64,000 bases of DNA. Origin: Candidatus Bathyarchaeota archaeon (GTDB taxonomy: Archaea > Thermoproteota > Bathyarchaeia > Bathyarchaeales > Bathycorpusculaceae). Numbering within the stretch: position 1 is the stretch's first letter; each line of letters begins with the position of its first letter. The position numbers were made by a program, and so were the translations under genes. The stretch lies in assembly GCA_963815095.1 (NCBI GenBank), contig CAWFFH010000003.1:224001-288000 (forward strand), given 5' to 3'. The notes under the pieces are model-generated. The model searched no databases, was not told the DNA's origin, and saw nothing but the letters and a program-made list of their open reading frames with translations. Below, in pieces: positions 41,221 through 50,726 of the stretch.

Positions 41221-41420
41221 TAGAATCCTCAAACAACAGTTAACCTGATTTGGTTTTAAGATTTTCGATAATAAAAACTCGGTTATCTACTTCCCAGATT
41301 TGAGACCTAATAAGTCAACTTTGATCTTCCAGAAACCCAGTGAATAGCTGGTTCCAGGGCTTGAGGTTAATGCAAAAAAGTATCTTGAACGATATTGAGA
41401 TGTAAGACCTATCTTAGCCA

Positions 41421-42659
41421 TCAGGGTATCCAGAAGATACGCTTTCTCTTTCTTATTGTAATTGAACTTAACGAAATTAACCCAATAAGAGCCAGCAAAA
41501 TTAGCATAAATGGAAACTCTGGTATTGTTGGTGAAGGGTTTGGGGTTGAGCTAATAGTTGGCGAAGCTGTAGGGTTTTGTGCTGGATTATTTGTTGGTTG
41601 AGTTGTCGGTTGGATTGAAGGATTTTGTGTTGGAGCATTTGTTGGTGATGTTGTTGGGTTAGATGTTGGTGCTGAAGTTGGAACTGTGGAAGGAGTAGGA
41701 TGTGTTGATGGTGGTGGGATTGCAGTTGGAGTTGGGGATGGACTTGGAGAGGATATAGGAGTGGTGGTTTGACTTGCAGAATTTAGGGAAAAGATTATTG
41801 TGCCATTAATGTAAGTGCCGTAAGTGACTATGTTGTTGCTTGCTAGTATGTCAAGCGTCTGTTGAGTAGGATGCCCATATTGGTTGTTAATACCAGCACT
41901 AATAACAGCATATGCCGGAATAATAGCATTAAGGAATGCTTGAGAAGTGCTTGTGCTACTCCCATGATGACCCACCTTTAACACTTGACTATGAAGGCTA
42001 AAACCAGAAGACAACATACTTTGTTCACTATCAAATTGTGCATCTCCAGACAACATTACGCTAGTATTACCAACTTGAAGTTTCATAACAATGCTGTTAT
42101 CATTGATCTCGTTATCGGTACTGCCAAATTGCGTTGGATTAGTTGGGCTAATAACAGTGAAATTAATTGTTGGTGAGATAGAATAAATTTGATTTCTATG
42201 ACCTTGCGTTAAATTATGTGTCAAAGCTAAATTTTTCCATGTGTTAAAAGTTGCAGCTGAAGTGTAATTATAACCATTGTAGACTATATCCTGAATAGGT
42301 ATACTTGATTGCAATACTGAGACTAAACCACCTATATGGTCTGCATGAGGATGAGTTGCAATAAGTAGATCTATTTTTTTGACATTATAGGTGCTCAAAT
42401 AACCTAGCATAGTAGTGCCAGCACTTGTCGGTCCGCCATCTATCAGAATGTTCTTTGTTAAAGTTTTCACTATTATGGAATCACCTTGCCCAATATCAAG
42501 AAAATAAACAGTTACATTTTCTGGACAAGAAGTGTAAAGAGAGAGGGAGGATGTTGAAGATGCATAAGTTTGTGTTTGTAAGTCAACTTGAAAGATTGCT
42601 ATTACTAATAATGCAATTATAATGACTACAGATATTCTCTTCAAATTTAATTTCCTCAA
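41421..42659 (-). CDS. Secreted ComEC/Rec2-like MBL nuclease with P/T linker and PEF-CTERM-like anchor
   Basis: Signal peptide, FLDIGQGDS, THPHADHIGG, GDA, KVGHHGS, YGHP, P/T/S linker, IPEFP-TM-RKRKR. Confidence 0.88.
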   Translation of the reverse strand: MRKLNLKRISVVIIIALLVIAIFQVDLQTQTYASSTSSLSLYTSCPENVTVYFLDIGQGDSIIVKTLTKNILIDGGPTSAGTTMLGYLSTYNVKKIDLLIATHPHADHIGGLVSVLQSSIPIQDIVYNGYNYTSAATFNTWKNLALTHNLTQGHRNQIYSISPTINFTVISPTNPTQFGSTDNEINDNSIVMKLQVGNTSVMLSGDAQFDSEQSMLSSGFSLHSQVLKVGHHGSSTSTSQAFLNAIIPAYAVISAGINNQYGHPTQQTLDILASNNIVTYGTYINGTIIFSLNSASQTTTPISSPSPSPTPTAIPPPSTHPTPSTVPTSAPTSNPTTSPTNAPTQNPSIQPTTQPTNNPAQNPTASPTISSTPNPSPTIPEFPFMLILLALIGLISLSSITIRKRKRIFWIP

Positions 42660-42890
42660 AGATACCTAACAATTCAACTTCATTTTGATTATGTGATGTT
42701 AGCACTTAAAAGTCTAAGCATAGCACATAACTAGTACACTTAAATTGAGACTGTTTTTGTTATCCCAAGATTCTCAAGTATGTTTACTAGACATTATTTA
42801 TGGCAAGATATGAAATCACTTGGGCTTATGGTAATAGAGATAGAAAAATAGATTGGAGAAGACTTTGCTGTCTACCAGTTTATTGTCATG

Positions 42891-43595
42891 TTAACTAGCT
42901 ATCCTAAAGTAAGTTGTCGCCACTTCATCTGCAAAGTTACTGTACTGATTTGCTTCTGTCTTAACAGCAATTGATAACTCATGCATTCCTTCTGATAATC
43001 CATTAATTGTAATATTACCATTAAATGGTTGCCAATGATTGGAATCTTGATCATCTAAACTATAGTATGCCCATACAACCTTAGAATTAATGTGATAAAT
43101 TAAGTCAACCGCATTTGTGTTGTAGGTTTGGTTCTGTGGAGAAATCATGATAAGTTCTGGTTCAATAAAGCTAGTATCTACGGTTATTGTTGAGTTGACT
43201 GGCGTGCGTATCTTTCCATCTGCTAGGCGGGCATTAATCATTAGTGTATAATTGTCATTTGGTATGTTTGTATAGGTTTTAGAAAGTACATATTCTGATG
43301 CGAGAGGGGAATGGAGCATTATTGAACTGTCAATAATCTTATGGTTGCTATCAGTTATTGTGTAGGTACAGTATAGGACTATAGTTCCTGCGCTTGGAGT
43401 GTATCCCATTGAGAGTGTAAATGTTGGTTTGTTAACGATGTGGGGTGCAAATATGTAGGTTCCTGAGTGGTCAGATATTACATCTTCTCCATATAGACCA
43501 CCAGATGGATAAAAATCAATAATAGACAAGGCTAAGCCAACTATTAGTATGATTGTGACAACTGCAACAATTATTGCGTAAATCTTCTTTCTCAT
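42891..43595 (-). CDS. Surface protein with Ig-like repeat
   Basis: N-terminal TM; SP.N.TY...YSLD...GN.T..GLSEG.H repeat shared with the 47-54 kb genes. Confidence 0.7.
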   Translation of the reverse strand: MRKKIYAIIVAVVTIILIVGLALSIIDFYPSGGLYGEDVISDHSGTYIFAPHIVNKPTFTLSMGYTPSAGTIVLYCTYTITDSNHKIIDSSIMLHSPLASEYVLSKTYTNIPNDNYTLMINARLADGKIRTPVNSTITVDTSFIEPELIMISPQNQTYNTNAVDLIYHINSKVVWAYYSLDDQDSNHWQPFNGNITINGLSEGMHELSIAVKTEANQYSNFADEVATTYFRIAS

Positions 43596-43830
43596 GAAAC
43601 CAAGTGTTTGAAATGTATGAATGTGGGTTAATGAAACTTCTTATTCAGTAATCTATAGTCTGCATTGTTAGAGAAACCTATGGTTACTTGCTTTAGTCTA
43701 AGTTTCTGGTTTTCTGCATGGACAATACATGCTATGGTTAGATTGTTTATGTTTTAGTCTTCCATCTTCAACCATTACAAGATGCCCACAGTTTTTGCAT
43801 CTAAGTTTGCTTTCTTGGTTTCCCATAGAT

Positions 43831-44415
43831 TTAGCTCCCTACCAGATTCTTTCTCCTTGAAAATACTACTGCACCCAATGCTATTACCACTAAACATGAT
43901 ACTGTTAGTGTTGTTGGAAACTCTGGAAGAGTAGGAATTGGAGTTGGAGCTATAGTTGGTGAAGAAGTAGGGCTGGGCAATGTTTGAATTTGAACTATGT
44001 TGGAGAAAGCTCCACCCAAATAATCTCCTGCGAGGATATAGAAATAATATTTTGTGGATGAAGATAAATTAGTTACAATGGTCGTGGTTTGTTGGCTGTC
44101 TGATGTCGTCCAAATGTCTTCGTAATCAGAACGGGCGAATGGGTAATGAGAATCCAAAGTTTTGTTTGACATACGCAAAATATAGTTACCAAAATAGGGA
44201 TGTTTAGGAAAGGGCACAAAACCCGCTGGTGGCTGATCACTTGTCCAAGACAACGTAACTGTTGTATCCGTAACTTCTGTAACATTAAGTGTTAAAGCGG
44301 GATTATGATTAGGTGTTGGTTCAGGAAGTGCTTTAACATTTTGTGGCAAGGCCACCATTGAAGCGATGAATAATAGAAGAAACATTAAAGCCAAACTCTT
44401 GCTAATGTAGCCCAT
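43831..44415 (-). CDS. Fibronectin type III surface protein with PEF-CTERM-like anchor
   Basis: Signal peptide, VTDTTVTLSW, TNLS.STKY.F.I.A, LPEFP-TM-RRK. Confidence 0.8.
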   Translation of the reverse strand: MGYISKSLALMFLLLFIASMVALPQNVKALPEPTPNHNPALTLNVTEVTDTTVTLSWTSDQPPAGFVPFPKHPYFGNYILRMSNKTLDSHYPFARSDYEDIWTTSDSQQTTTIVTNLSSSTKYYFYILAGDYLGGAFSNIVQIQTLPSPTSSPTIAPTPIPTLPEFPTTLTVSCLVVIALGAVVFSRRKNLVGS

Positions 44416-44464
44416 ACTTACATCTGGAACTGATTTTCATTATAAGGCTTCTCGTAAAAGACTC

Positions 44465-44824
44465 TTAACTGAGGTTAGTCAAATTTCTATTCAAATTCAA
44501 GGTAGATTTAAGGCGTATTATTATTTTCGTAATGACCGGTTCCTCCACAAGAGCTATTAAAATTAAGCTAACAAAAAAAACAACAGTCGAACCAATAACT
44601 AACAGAATATAGGACAATTGTGTTCCATAAAATCCCAGGACTATATGGGAGAAAATCATAAAACTATTATGAGGTATGTTAATTCTTAAGTCAGCCTGTC
44701 CATAAAATAACTCTAAAAAATAGCTATCATCATGAGCATAATCATTAACTAAAAAATACGCCATTGGAACTATTGAAACTAGTGCAACAGAACACCGAAG
44801 AGCTAATTTGAATATTTTCTTCAT
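44465..44824 (-). CDS. Hypothetical membrane protein
   Basis: Hydrophobic 119-aa ORF. Confidence 0.5.
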   Translation of the reverse strand: MKKIFKLALRCSVALVSIVPMAYFLVNDYAHDDSYFLELFYGQADLRINIPHNSFMIFSHIVLGFYGTQLSYILLVIGSTVVFFVSLILIALVEEPVITKIIIRLKSTLNLNRNLTNLS

Positions 44825-44930
44825 CCTTAGCCCTTAATAATATACTAACAGTAGATTGAAAAAGATTATCTTACGCTAAAACATCAGTTCTTAGTGTACT
44901 TGCTAGAATTAAAGAAAAAATTAAGCATAT

Positions 44931-45122
44931 TTAGAGCATATTTGCGGCTGTTCCATAAATGAATGCAATCATCAAAATTATTCCCGCAATAACGCTTAGC
45001 TTAAACAGAATAGAGTAAATTTTTTCTGTTTTTCTTAACTTCCATAAGACAGCTAACCATGCAATTACAAAAACCAATACAAAAAGGATTGAGATTGGAA
45101 AAGGAATCAGTTCAAATGCCAT
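44931..45122 (-). CDS. Small two-TM protein
   Basis: 63 aa with two hydrophobic helices. Confidence 0.55.
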   Translation of the reverse strand: MAFELIPFPISILFVLVFVIAWLAVLWKLRKTEKIYSILFKLSVIAGIILMIAFIYGTAANML

Positions 45123-45168
45123 AAATTAGGTATTTACCTTTTATCTATTTAAGTTAAATTAGATTTAG

Positions 45169-45246
45169 TGGTGGGGCTCCCCGGATTTGAACCGGAGTCT
45201 ATAGAGCCCAAGTCTACAAGCCTAGACCAAGCTAGCCGAGAGCCCC
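45169..45246 (-). tRNA. tRNA-Pro(UGG), CCA encoded
   Basis: GGGGCTC/GAGCCCC, GTAGA-CT TGG GC-TCTAT, TCCGG-TTCAAAT-CCGGG, ACCA end. Confidence 0.95.
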
Positions 45247-45399
45247 ACTGTGGTGCAGAGAACATAATTTCAGCTGAACCATAAAAACCTTAGCCACCCG
45301 TGCTTAAGATTTAGGGTTTAGGGGTTACAAATTTGTAGGGATTTTTCTTGGAAATTAATTCAGCGTATCATATTTAGATCTGCGAAATAGCGGTTAAGT

Positions 45400-47184
45400 T
45401 TAAACTCCTGCCCAGAACAGAGTCTTCTTACGCATAAACGCTACGAATTCCTTGAGAAGTTCCTGCTCTGCACTAGTCAAGTCATCTAGGTGTGTTGTTA
45501 ACAGTTTTTTCGCGTCCGCTTCAGGCACCTTCACATACAAAACATCTTTCTCAAACACATGTCGTCCTGCAATTGGCTTATCCATTGAAATCGCCACCTG
45601 CATTCCGACCTTAGCTTCGCCGATTGGTTTGCCTTGGTCTTGAATCTGATCCACTTCACCTAAGTCTGAGCTGTCCTCTGCGCGCATAAGCGAAACTTTG
45701 GGTTTTATTCTGCCACCTAAAACTTCTACGCCAAGAACTACGGGTTTGGCGCGGCGGAAGATGCAGTTTGGCAGCACTGTGAGTTTGCCGGGTTTAACAA
45801 GTGCTTCAAAGTCTGCTTCGCTTTTGGCTTCGCGCTTATTTTTTGCCCATTCCATGTAGTTGTCGATTAGGTTATAGATGATGGGGTCTTTGAAGATTTT
45901 AACTCCGTTTGCTTCAGCTTCAATTTCAGCGTCGGGCAAAACTTTAACGCCGAACGCTAGGATTGCGCCTACTAAGGGTTGACGCGTCTTCACCACAGAG
46001 GCTTCGATGACGTCGCGTTTGCTGATGTCGCCAATGTCGGCGATGCGGACTTGAACGTTGTTGGCTTTTAAAATTTCAGCCATAGCTTCAAGGGAGCCTA
46101 AAGTGTCAGCTTTCACGATGACGCCGTCGATTTCTTTTGTTATCCTGATTCGACCAATTTCTTCAGTAATTAGGTTACAATACTTGTTAACGTCTTCACC
46201 TTCAGGAACAGCAAACAATGGTGCACCCGCCAAGGCGCCATCCAAATCGGGCGCAACAATTTTCACACCTGCACTTGCGTAAACACACTCGACGCTGGTG
46301 AATTTGTCACGTGGGTCACGCATCTCATCTAACGGCTTTGGAACCAAAATCGTTCGTACGCGAGCCGAAATTGGCCCGTTTTTTCCGCCGACAACTATCA
46401 AATCATCCTTATGGAGGGTACCGTCATAAACAATCGCGTTTAGCGTTAATCCCAACCCGGGTTCCTCTTTAACTTCTAAAATGGAACCTTTGGCGGCGCC
46501 ATCTGTGGTCTGCAGTCGCTTCTTTAGGAACTGCTGAGTTAAGCCCACAAGAACCATGACTAATTCGGATAAGCCTTCGCCGGTTTTGGCGCTGGTCGGT
46601 ACAAGGGCAATGTTGATGGTGAAGTCGCGGATGTGATCGAATCGGTCGGTTTTGAAACCCAACCGGCTAAAATCGCCCATGACAGCGTATAGGCGGTTGT
46701 CTAATGCTTCGCGGACAAAGCTTGACTGTTCTGCGTATGATTTCAAGAAAGGTGTGCCTTCTTGGGGTTTCCATCCGGGAATTCGGTCAATTTTGTTAAC
46801 TGCAACAATGAATGGAGTTTTACGTGCTTTAAGAATCTCAATGCACTCAAAGGTTTGTGCTTCAAAACCCCGCAAGGCATCAACGACTAGAATAGCTATG
46901 TCGGCAACGCTTCCGCCTCTGCGTCGAAGATTCGTAAACGCTTCATGCCCAGGAGTATCTACAATTAGCAACCCTGGAATTTCGATGCCTGTTTTGAAGG
47001 TGCCCATGTAAGGTCCAATGAGTTGTTTTAAGGTTTCCACAGGGAAAAAGCTGGCGCCTATGTGCTGAGTCATGCCCCCAGCTTCACGTAACTGAACATT
47101 GGTTTTTCGCAATTCATCAAGTAATGAGGTTTTGCCTGCATCTACGTGTCCTAGAACACAAACTATTGGTTGACGTGTGGGCAT
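45400..47184 (-). CDS. infB: Translation initiation factor aIF5B (IF-2)
   Basis: RQPIV.VLGHVDAGKT, TQHIGA, DTPGHEAF, NKID, KADTLGSLEA. Confidence 0.97.
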   Translation of the reverse strand: MPTRQPIVCVLGHVDAGKTSLLDELRKTNVQLREAGGMTQHIGASFFPVETLKQLIGPYMGTFKTGIEIPGLLIVDTPGHEAFTNLRRRGGSVADIAILVVDALRGFEAQTFECIEILKARKTPFIVAVNKIDRIPGWKPQEGTPFLKSYAEQSSFVREALDNRLYAVMGDFSRLGFKTDRFDHIRDFTINIALVPTSAKTGEGLSELVMVLVGLTQQFLKKRLQTTDGAAKGSILEVKEEPGLGLTLNAIVYDGTLHKDDLIVVGGKNGPISARVRTILVPKPLDEMRDPRDKFTSVECVYASAGVKIVAPDLDGALAGAPLFAVPEGEDVNKYCNLITEEIGRIRITKEIDGVIVKADTLGSLEAMAEILKANNVQVRIADIGDISKRDVIEASVVKTRQPLVGAILAFGVKVLPDAEIEAEANGVKIFKDPIIYNLIDNYMEWAKNKREAKSEADFEALVKPGKLTVLPNCIFRRAKPVVLGVEVLGGRIKPKVSLMRAEDSSDLGEVDQIQDQGKPIGEAKVGMQVAISMDKPIAGRHVFEKDVLYVKVPEADAKKLLTTHLDDLTSAEQELLKEFVAFMRKKTLFWAGV

Positions 47185-47395
47185 CTTGTTTTTTCTCCTT
47201 CAATAATTTTGATGATTGGTGAATTATTATAACTGTTAATTGATAAATAATCATTTAACAAGGTATTTGTTTAAGGTTTGGTTTAATAAAAGTCGTTTAG
47301 ATGGGGCTTTAATTGAAACATAAATCCTTTAAAAAACCAATGCACTAAAATGAGAATAAAACCTGTTCACTTTTCTTAATGGGGCTTCATCCTCT

Positions 47396-48835
47396 TCATT
47401 TGTGTTTTTTACGGTAAAAAAGTATCCCAGCAATTACTAAGACAATAAAAGTTATAGAAGCAGCAGCAATAGCAACAACGGGAAAAGACTCTGGTTCTGG
47501 TTTAGCTACAGTGAAACTGGTAGTTTGCGATGAACCTATGTTTCCGAATGTGTCTTGGGCGTAAACTGTTATGTTATGTAAACCGTTTGAAATGTCAGTT
47601 AGGCTTGTGTTGCCAGAAAAGGTTACGTTTTGTTGTCCATCAAGACTATAGCTTGTCCAGTTAACTGCTTTATTACTATTGAAAACTAAAGGTACACTTG
47701 ATTCGTTGTAGTTTTGGTTTATTGGTGATGTGACGTTGATTTTTGGTGGAGTATTTTCTGTTGGCGGTACATAAGATGGGTCAGGAGTGCCATACCCAAA
47801 GGGAGTATACATTTCAACTGCAGTAGACCTAACATAGGTTGTGTCAAACCAAGTCGAACGTTCTGAAATTGTTCCACCAATAGAATACAACCTATCATCT
47901 AACACAGCAACGGCACCAACTGCACTCCCATTTAAAATCGCCATATTGCTCCAAGTGTCCAGCTTAGGGTCATACACTGCACCTTGAGAACCGACAAAAT
48001 AAATTCTTTTAGGAGCTAAAACTCCAGTAGTGGCTGCCCCAACTGGGTAAGTTCCTAAGGAAACGTACAGTTGTTTGCCTTGACTCCACGTATTGTTTTC
48101 AGTTTCATATACCATCATAACAGTGATTCGACCTGTTGGTCCTGAATAGCCACCTGCAGAACTCATAACGTAAATTTTGTTATCAACTGCAACTGCAGCG
48201 TAATAGGGAAACACAGAATATGAAACACCCCAAAAAGACAGCTCCGAGGGCATAGGTGACTTAGATGACCAAACATCAGATATAGGGTCATAAACCCAGT
48301 TGGAAGTTCCGCTGAAAACGTAGATTTTGCCGTTTACCACATTAGCAGTAGGTGAACCAGAAGCTGCTGGCATTGGTGTTTTGGTTTCCCAAGTGTCTGT
48401 TAAAGTATTATACACTTCATTTACGTTTGTGACGTTGGAGTCATAGCCAATTTGACCATTTGCTATTCCACCTATGCAGTAAATCTTGTCCCGAAAAACT
48501 GCAGTAGCAAAATTACATCTTGGATTTGGCATTGGTGATTTAGTAACCCAAGAATTAGTGTTTGGGTTATATTCTTCATTTGTACCTACAACGCCACCTG
48601 TGTCTTTTGAGCCTGTAGAAGATTGGACGGTGAGGTCGGTACCTCCTATAGCGTAGATTTTGCCATTCACTGATGCAACACCAAGAAAATCTCTTGCTTG
48701 ATGCATTGGTGCCTTCTCCACCCAAGTATTCTCAGAGGCAGTGACTCCAGAAACAGGCATAGCTAAAATTATGGATGACGCTGTTAGGAAGACCAGAACA
48801 AGTGCTAAAGCTAAAGGTTTACTCATTACCACCAC
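47396..48835 (-). CDS. Kelch-repeat surface protein with Ig-like domain and PESF-TM anchor
   Basis: Repeated W..K.PMP..R....GKIYAIGG...E.Y.P; YSLDG domain; KPEPESFP-TM-RKKHK. Confidence 0.88.
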   Translation of the reverse strand: MVVMSKPLALALVLVFLTASSIILAMPVSGVTASENTWVEKAPMHQARDFLGVASVNGKIYAIGGTDLTVQSSTGSKDTGGVVGTNEEYNPNTNSWVTKSPMPNPRCNFATAVFRDKIYCIGGIANGQIGYDSNVTNVNEVYNTLTDTWETKTPMPAASGSPTANVVNGKIYVFSGTSNWVYDPISDVWSSKSPMPSELSFWGVSYSVFPYYAAVAVDNKIYVMSSAGGYSGPTGRITVMMVYETENNTWSQGKQLYVSLGTYPVGAATTGVLAPKRIYFVGSQGAVYDPKLDTWSNMAILNGSAVGAVAVLDDRLYSIGGTISERSTWFDTTYVRSTAVEMYTPFGYGTPDPSYVPPTENTPPKINVTSPINQNYNESSVPLVFNSNKAVNWTSYSLDGQQNVTFSGNTSLTDISNGLHNITVYAQDTFGNIGSSQTTSFTVAKPEPESFPVVAIAAASITFIVLVIAGILFYRKKHK

Positions 48836-48868
48836 TTCATTGTTGAAAGGGTTTGTAATAAAAGACTT

Positions 48869-48923
48869 CTTGTCAAGGAATCTGGACTAAACCGGTTTTT
48901 CTAAGTCAAGAATTATGAACTAA
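48869..48923. repeat. Tandem 8-6-8 palindromic sites
   Basis: CTTGTCAA-ggaatc-TGGACTAA and TAAGTCAA-gaatta-TGAACTAA. The block is near-identical to 54922..54976. Confidence 0.85.
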
Positions 48924-49023
48924 CTGTTCTTGCGTTAGTCTTTTGCTTCCTTTAGTCTTTTGAGAAAGTTCCTCAGGTTGACAAGACTAAGAGATGCAAA
49001 AACTATACACCTTAACTGTTGTT

Positions 49024-49404
49024 TTACTCCATTTCCTTTATGGAAATTGCGACTCCACATTTTTTCAGAAGATCCGTGTCTGCGGTGACTAACTTGAGGT
49101 TTCCTTTTTCCGCTAAATAAGCGTACGAGGCATCGTAGAAAGTTAGATGTCGATTTACTGCTAACTCTAAAACGTTGGCCAACGAGTCAATCTCCAGTTT
49201 TTTTAAAGGCGCAAGGGCTTCTGAAAAAATGGCAGCTATCCTTGCTGGGTCTTTGAGTTTCTTTTTCTGGTTCTCCTTCCACAGGACGTTTCCTATCTCG
49301 TATTCTGTTAGGGTGCTTACTGCGCATTCTTCAGGGTTGTATGGGTTGCCAGAAATTAACAGGGGATAGAGTGCTGAGGTGTCTATGAGGTATTTACATT
49401 TCAT
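49024..49404 (-). CDS. vapC: VapC PIN-domain toxin
   Basis: LIDTSA, LT.YEIGN, LTFYDASY..LA, LVTAD..L. Confidence 0.9.
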   Translation of the reverse strand: MKCKYLIDTSALYPLLISGNPYNPEECAVSTLTEYEIGNVLWKENQKKKLKDPARIAAIFSEALAPLKKLEIDSLANVLELAVNRHLTFYDASYAYLAEKGNLKLVTADTDLLKKCGVAISIKEME

Positions 49405-49624
49405 GTCTTGTCGCTTTGACGTCAGATACCCACTCCTCAGCTTTAACGTCCATTAGGCTATCGAGTTCTTTAGCTATTTTCTTTGCTTTAGCTTTCTTAT
49501 CAGCCACCAAGTCTTCGAGAAGCTGCTCTATCTCCACTTTTAAGTCGACTCCTAGCTTCTCAGCTTCATCTTTGAGGCTTTTTTTGACCCTTACAGATAG
49601 AACCTCAGTCAACGTATACACCAA
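49394..49624 (-). CDS. vapB: VapB-like RHH antitoxin
   Basis: VLSVRV...LK.EAEKLGVD; overlaps vapC. Confidence 0.82.
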   Translation of the reverse strand: MVYTLTEVLSVRVKKSLKDEAEKLGVDLKVEIEQLLEDLVADKKAKAKKIAKELDSLMDVKAEEWVSDVKATRHEM

Positions 49625-49640
49625 CTAAATAATGTATACA
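49613..49640. promoter_or_regulatory. Putative vapBC autorepression operator (two GTATAC palindromes)
   Basis: CGTATACA (49613-49620) and TGTATACA (49633-49640) between the TATA-like element and the vapB start. Confidence 0.5.
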
Positions 49641-49745
49641 AACAACCTATAAAACTTTACGAAAAAACCCCAAAACAGCTCATACTAGTTGTTTTCTTAA
49701 ATTGACTTCCATTTTTGCACTAATGCCATATTGTTTTGACTTTAC

Positions 49746-50612
49746 TTAAAAACTTTTTAAAATAACAATTGAATGGTTAAACTGTTTTCTTTTTGTGTTT
49801 TTCAGGTAGACCAACAAACCAGCAACCACCAAAGCAACTACTGCAACAGAAACAGCGGCAACGGCGATTGTTGAAAGAGGCATCGGTTGCTGAACGGTGA
49901 AGGTTTTTTCAGCCATCGCAGATTGATTAAACACGTCTTTCGCATAAGCCGTCAAAGTATGCGTGCCTTCAGATAAGCCAAATAAAGTTACATTGTACAC
50001 GTACGAATCCAAAAACGATGCTGATTCGTTTTGAGGCAAAGTCACGTTTGCTCCTCTGTCAAGGCTGTAGGAAACGGCTGAATCAAACTCGTTAGTGGTT
50101 ATGTTAAACATTGCTTGGTTTGCTTTGTATACGTCTAAACCTGAGATTGACATTTGGGGTTGAATCTCTCGATGAATAAAGAAATCGACTGATAATGAAG
50201 GATAAAGGTGATAAAAAACAGTAATCCATGTGCTTGGGCAATAATACAGGTCTAAATCAACTCTTATTGTATGTTTACCTTGGGTTAAATTCGTCAAAAT
50301 CAAATTTAAATTTGCATCAAGTACTTCATTTCGTCTACTGCTGATGTTTTGCTGGTTTTGATTACGGAGGTCTCCATCTAAATAGACATTATAAGATATT
50401 GTCTCGACCCAAACATAGTCGGCTTTCTTCGTGACGGAAAAGTGCAGATTTATACTAGTTCCGTTAATTATTTCTCCTTCATCTGGGTTTTCAATAGCTA
50501 CGCTAAAACCTTCTGCTTGAGCATTTGCGCAGTCAATAAACGACACGGGAAAAACTAAAAGCAACACGACTAAGATTGCGGCGTGTTTTTTCAGTTTGAA
50601 CCCTGACCTCAT
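49746..50612 (-). CDS. Surface protein with Ig-like repeats and C-terminal TM anchor
   Basis: Signal peptide, YSLD...N.T, GLSEG.H.LT.YA.D, AVSVAVVALVVAGLLVY+KR. Confidence 0.8.
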   Translation of the reverse strand: MRSGFKLKKHAAILVVLLLVFPVSFIDCANAQAEGFSVAIENPDEGEIINGTSINLHFSVTKKADYVWVETISYNVYLDGDLRNQNQQNISSRRNEVLDANLNLILTNLTQGKHTIRVDLDLYYCPSTWITVFYHLYPSLSVDFFIHREIQPQMSISGLDVYKANQAMFNITTNEFDSAVSYSLDRGANVTLPQNESASFLDSYVYNVTLFGLSEGTHTLTAYAKDVFNQSAMAEKTFTVQQPMPLSTIAVAAVSVAVVALVVAGLLVYLKNTKRKQFNHSIVILKSF

Positions 50613-50651
50613 TGGCGCACCTTAGAATCTTTAACTGTTGATAAGATATTT

Positions 50652-50690
50652 AGTTCTATTCAAGGAACAGAATGTTCCAATAATGGAACA
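50652..50690. repeat. Tandem GTTC-N8-GAAC palindromes, 21-bp period
   Basis: AGTTCT-attcaa-GGAACA gaa TGTTCC-aataat-GGAACA upstream of the 50612 gene. Confidence 0.65.
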
Positions 50691-50726
50691 GACACAAGTT
50701 TCTTGATGTACTGACTCTCGAATAAA

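Noticed and set aside
41520-41770. Low-complexity GTTGG-rich tract
   Set aside because: Explained by the Pro/Thr/Ser linker of the surface nuclease.
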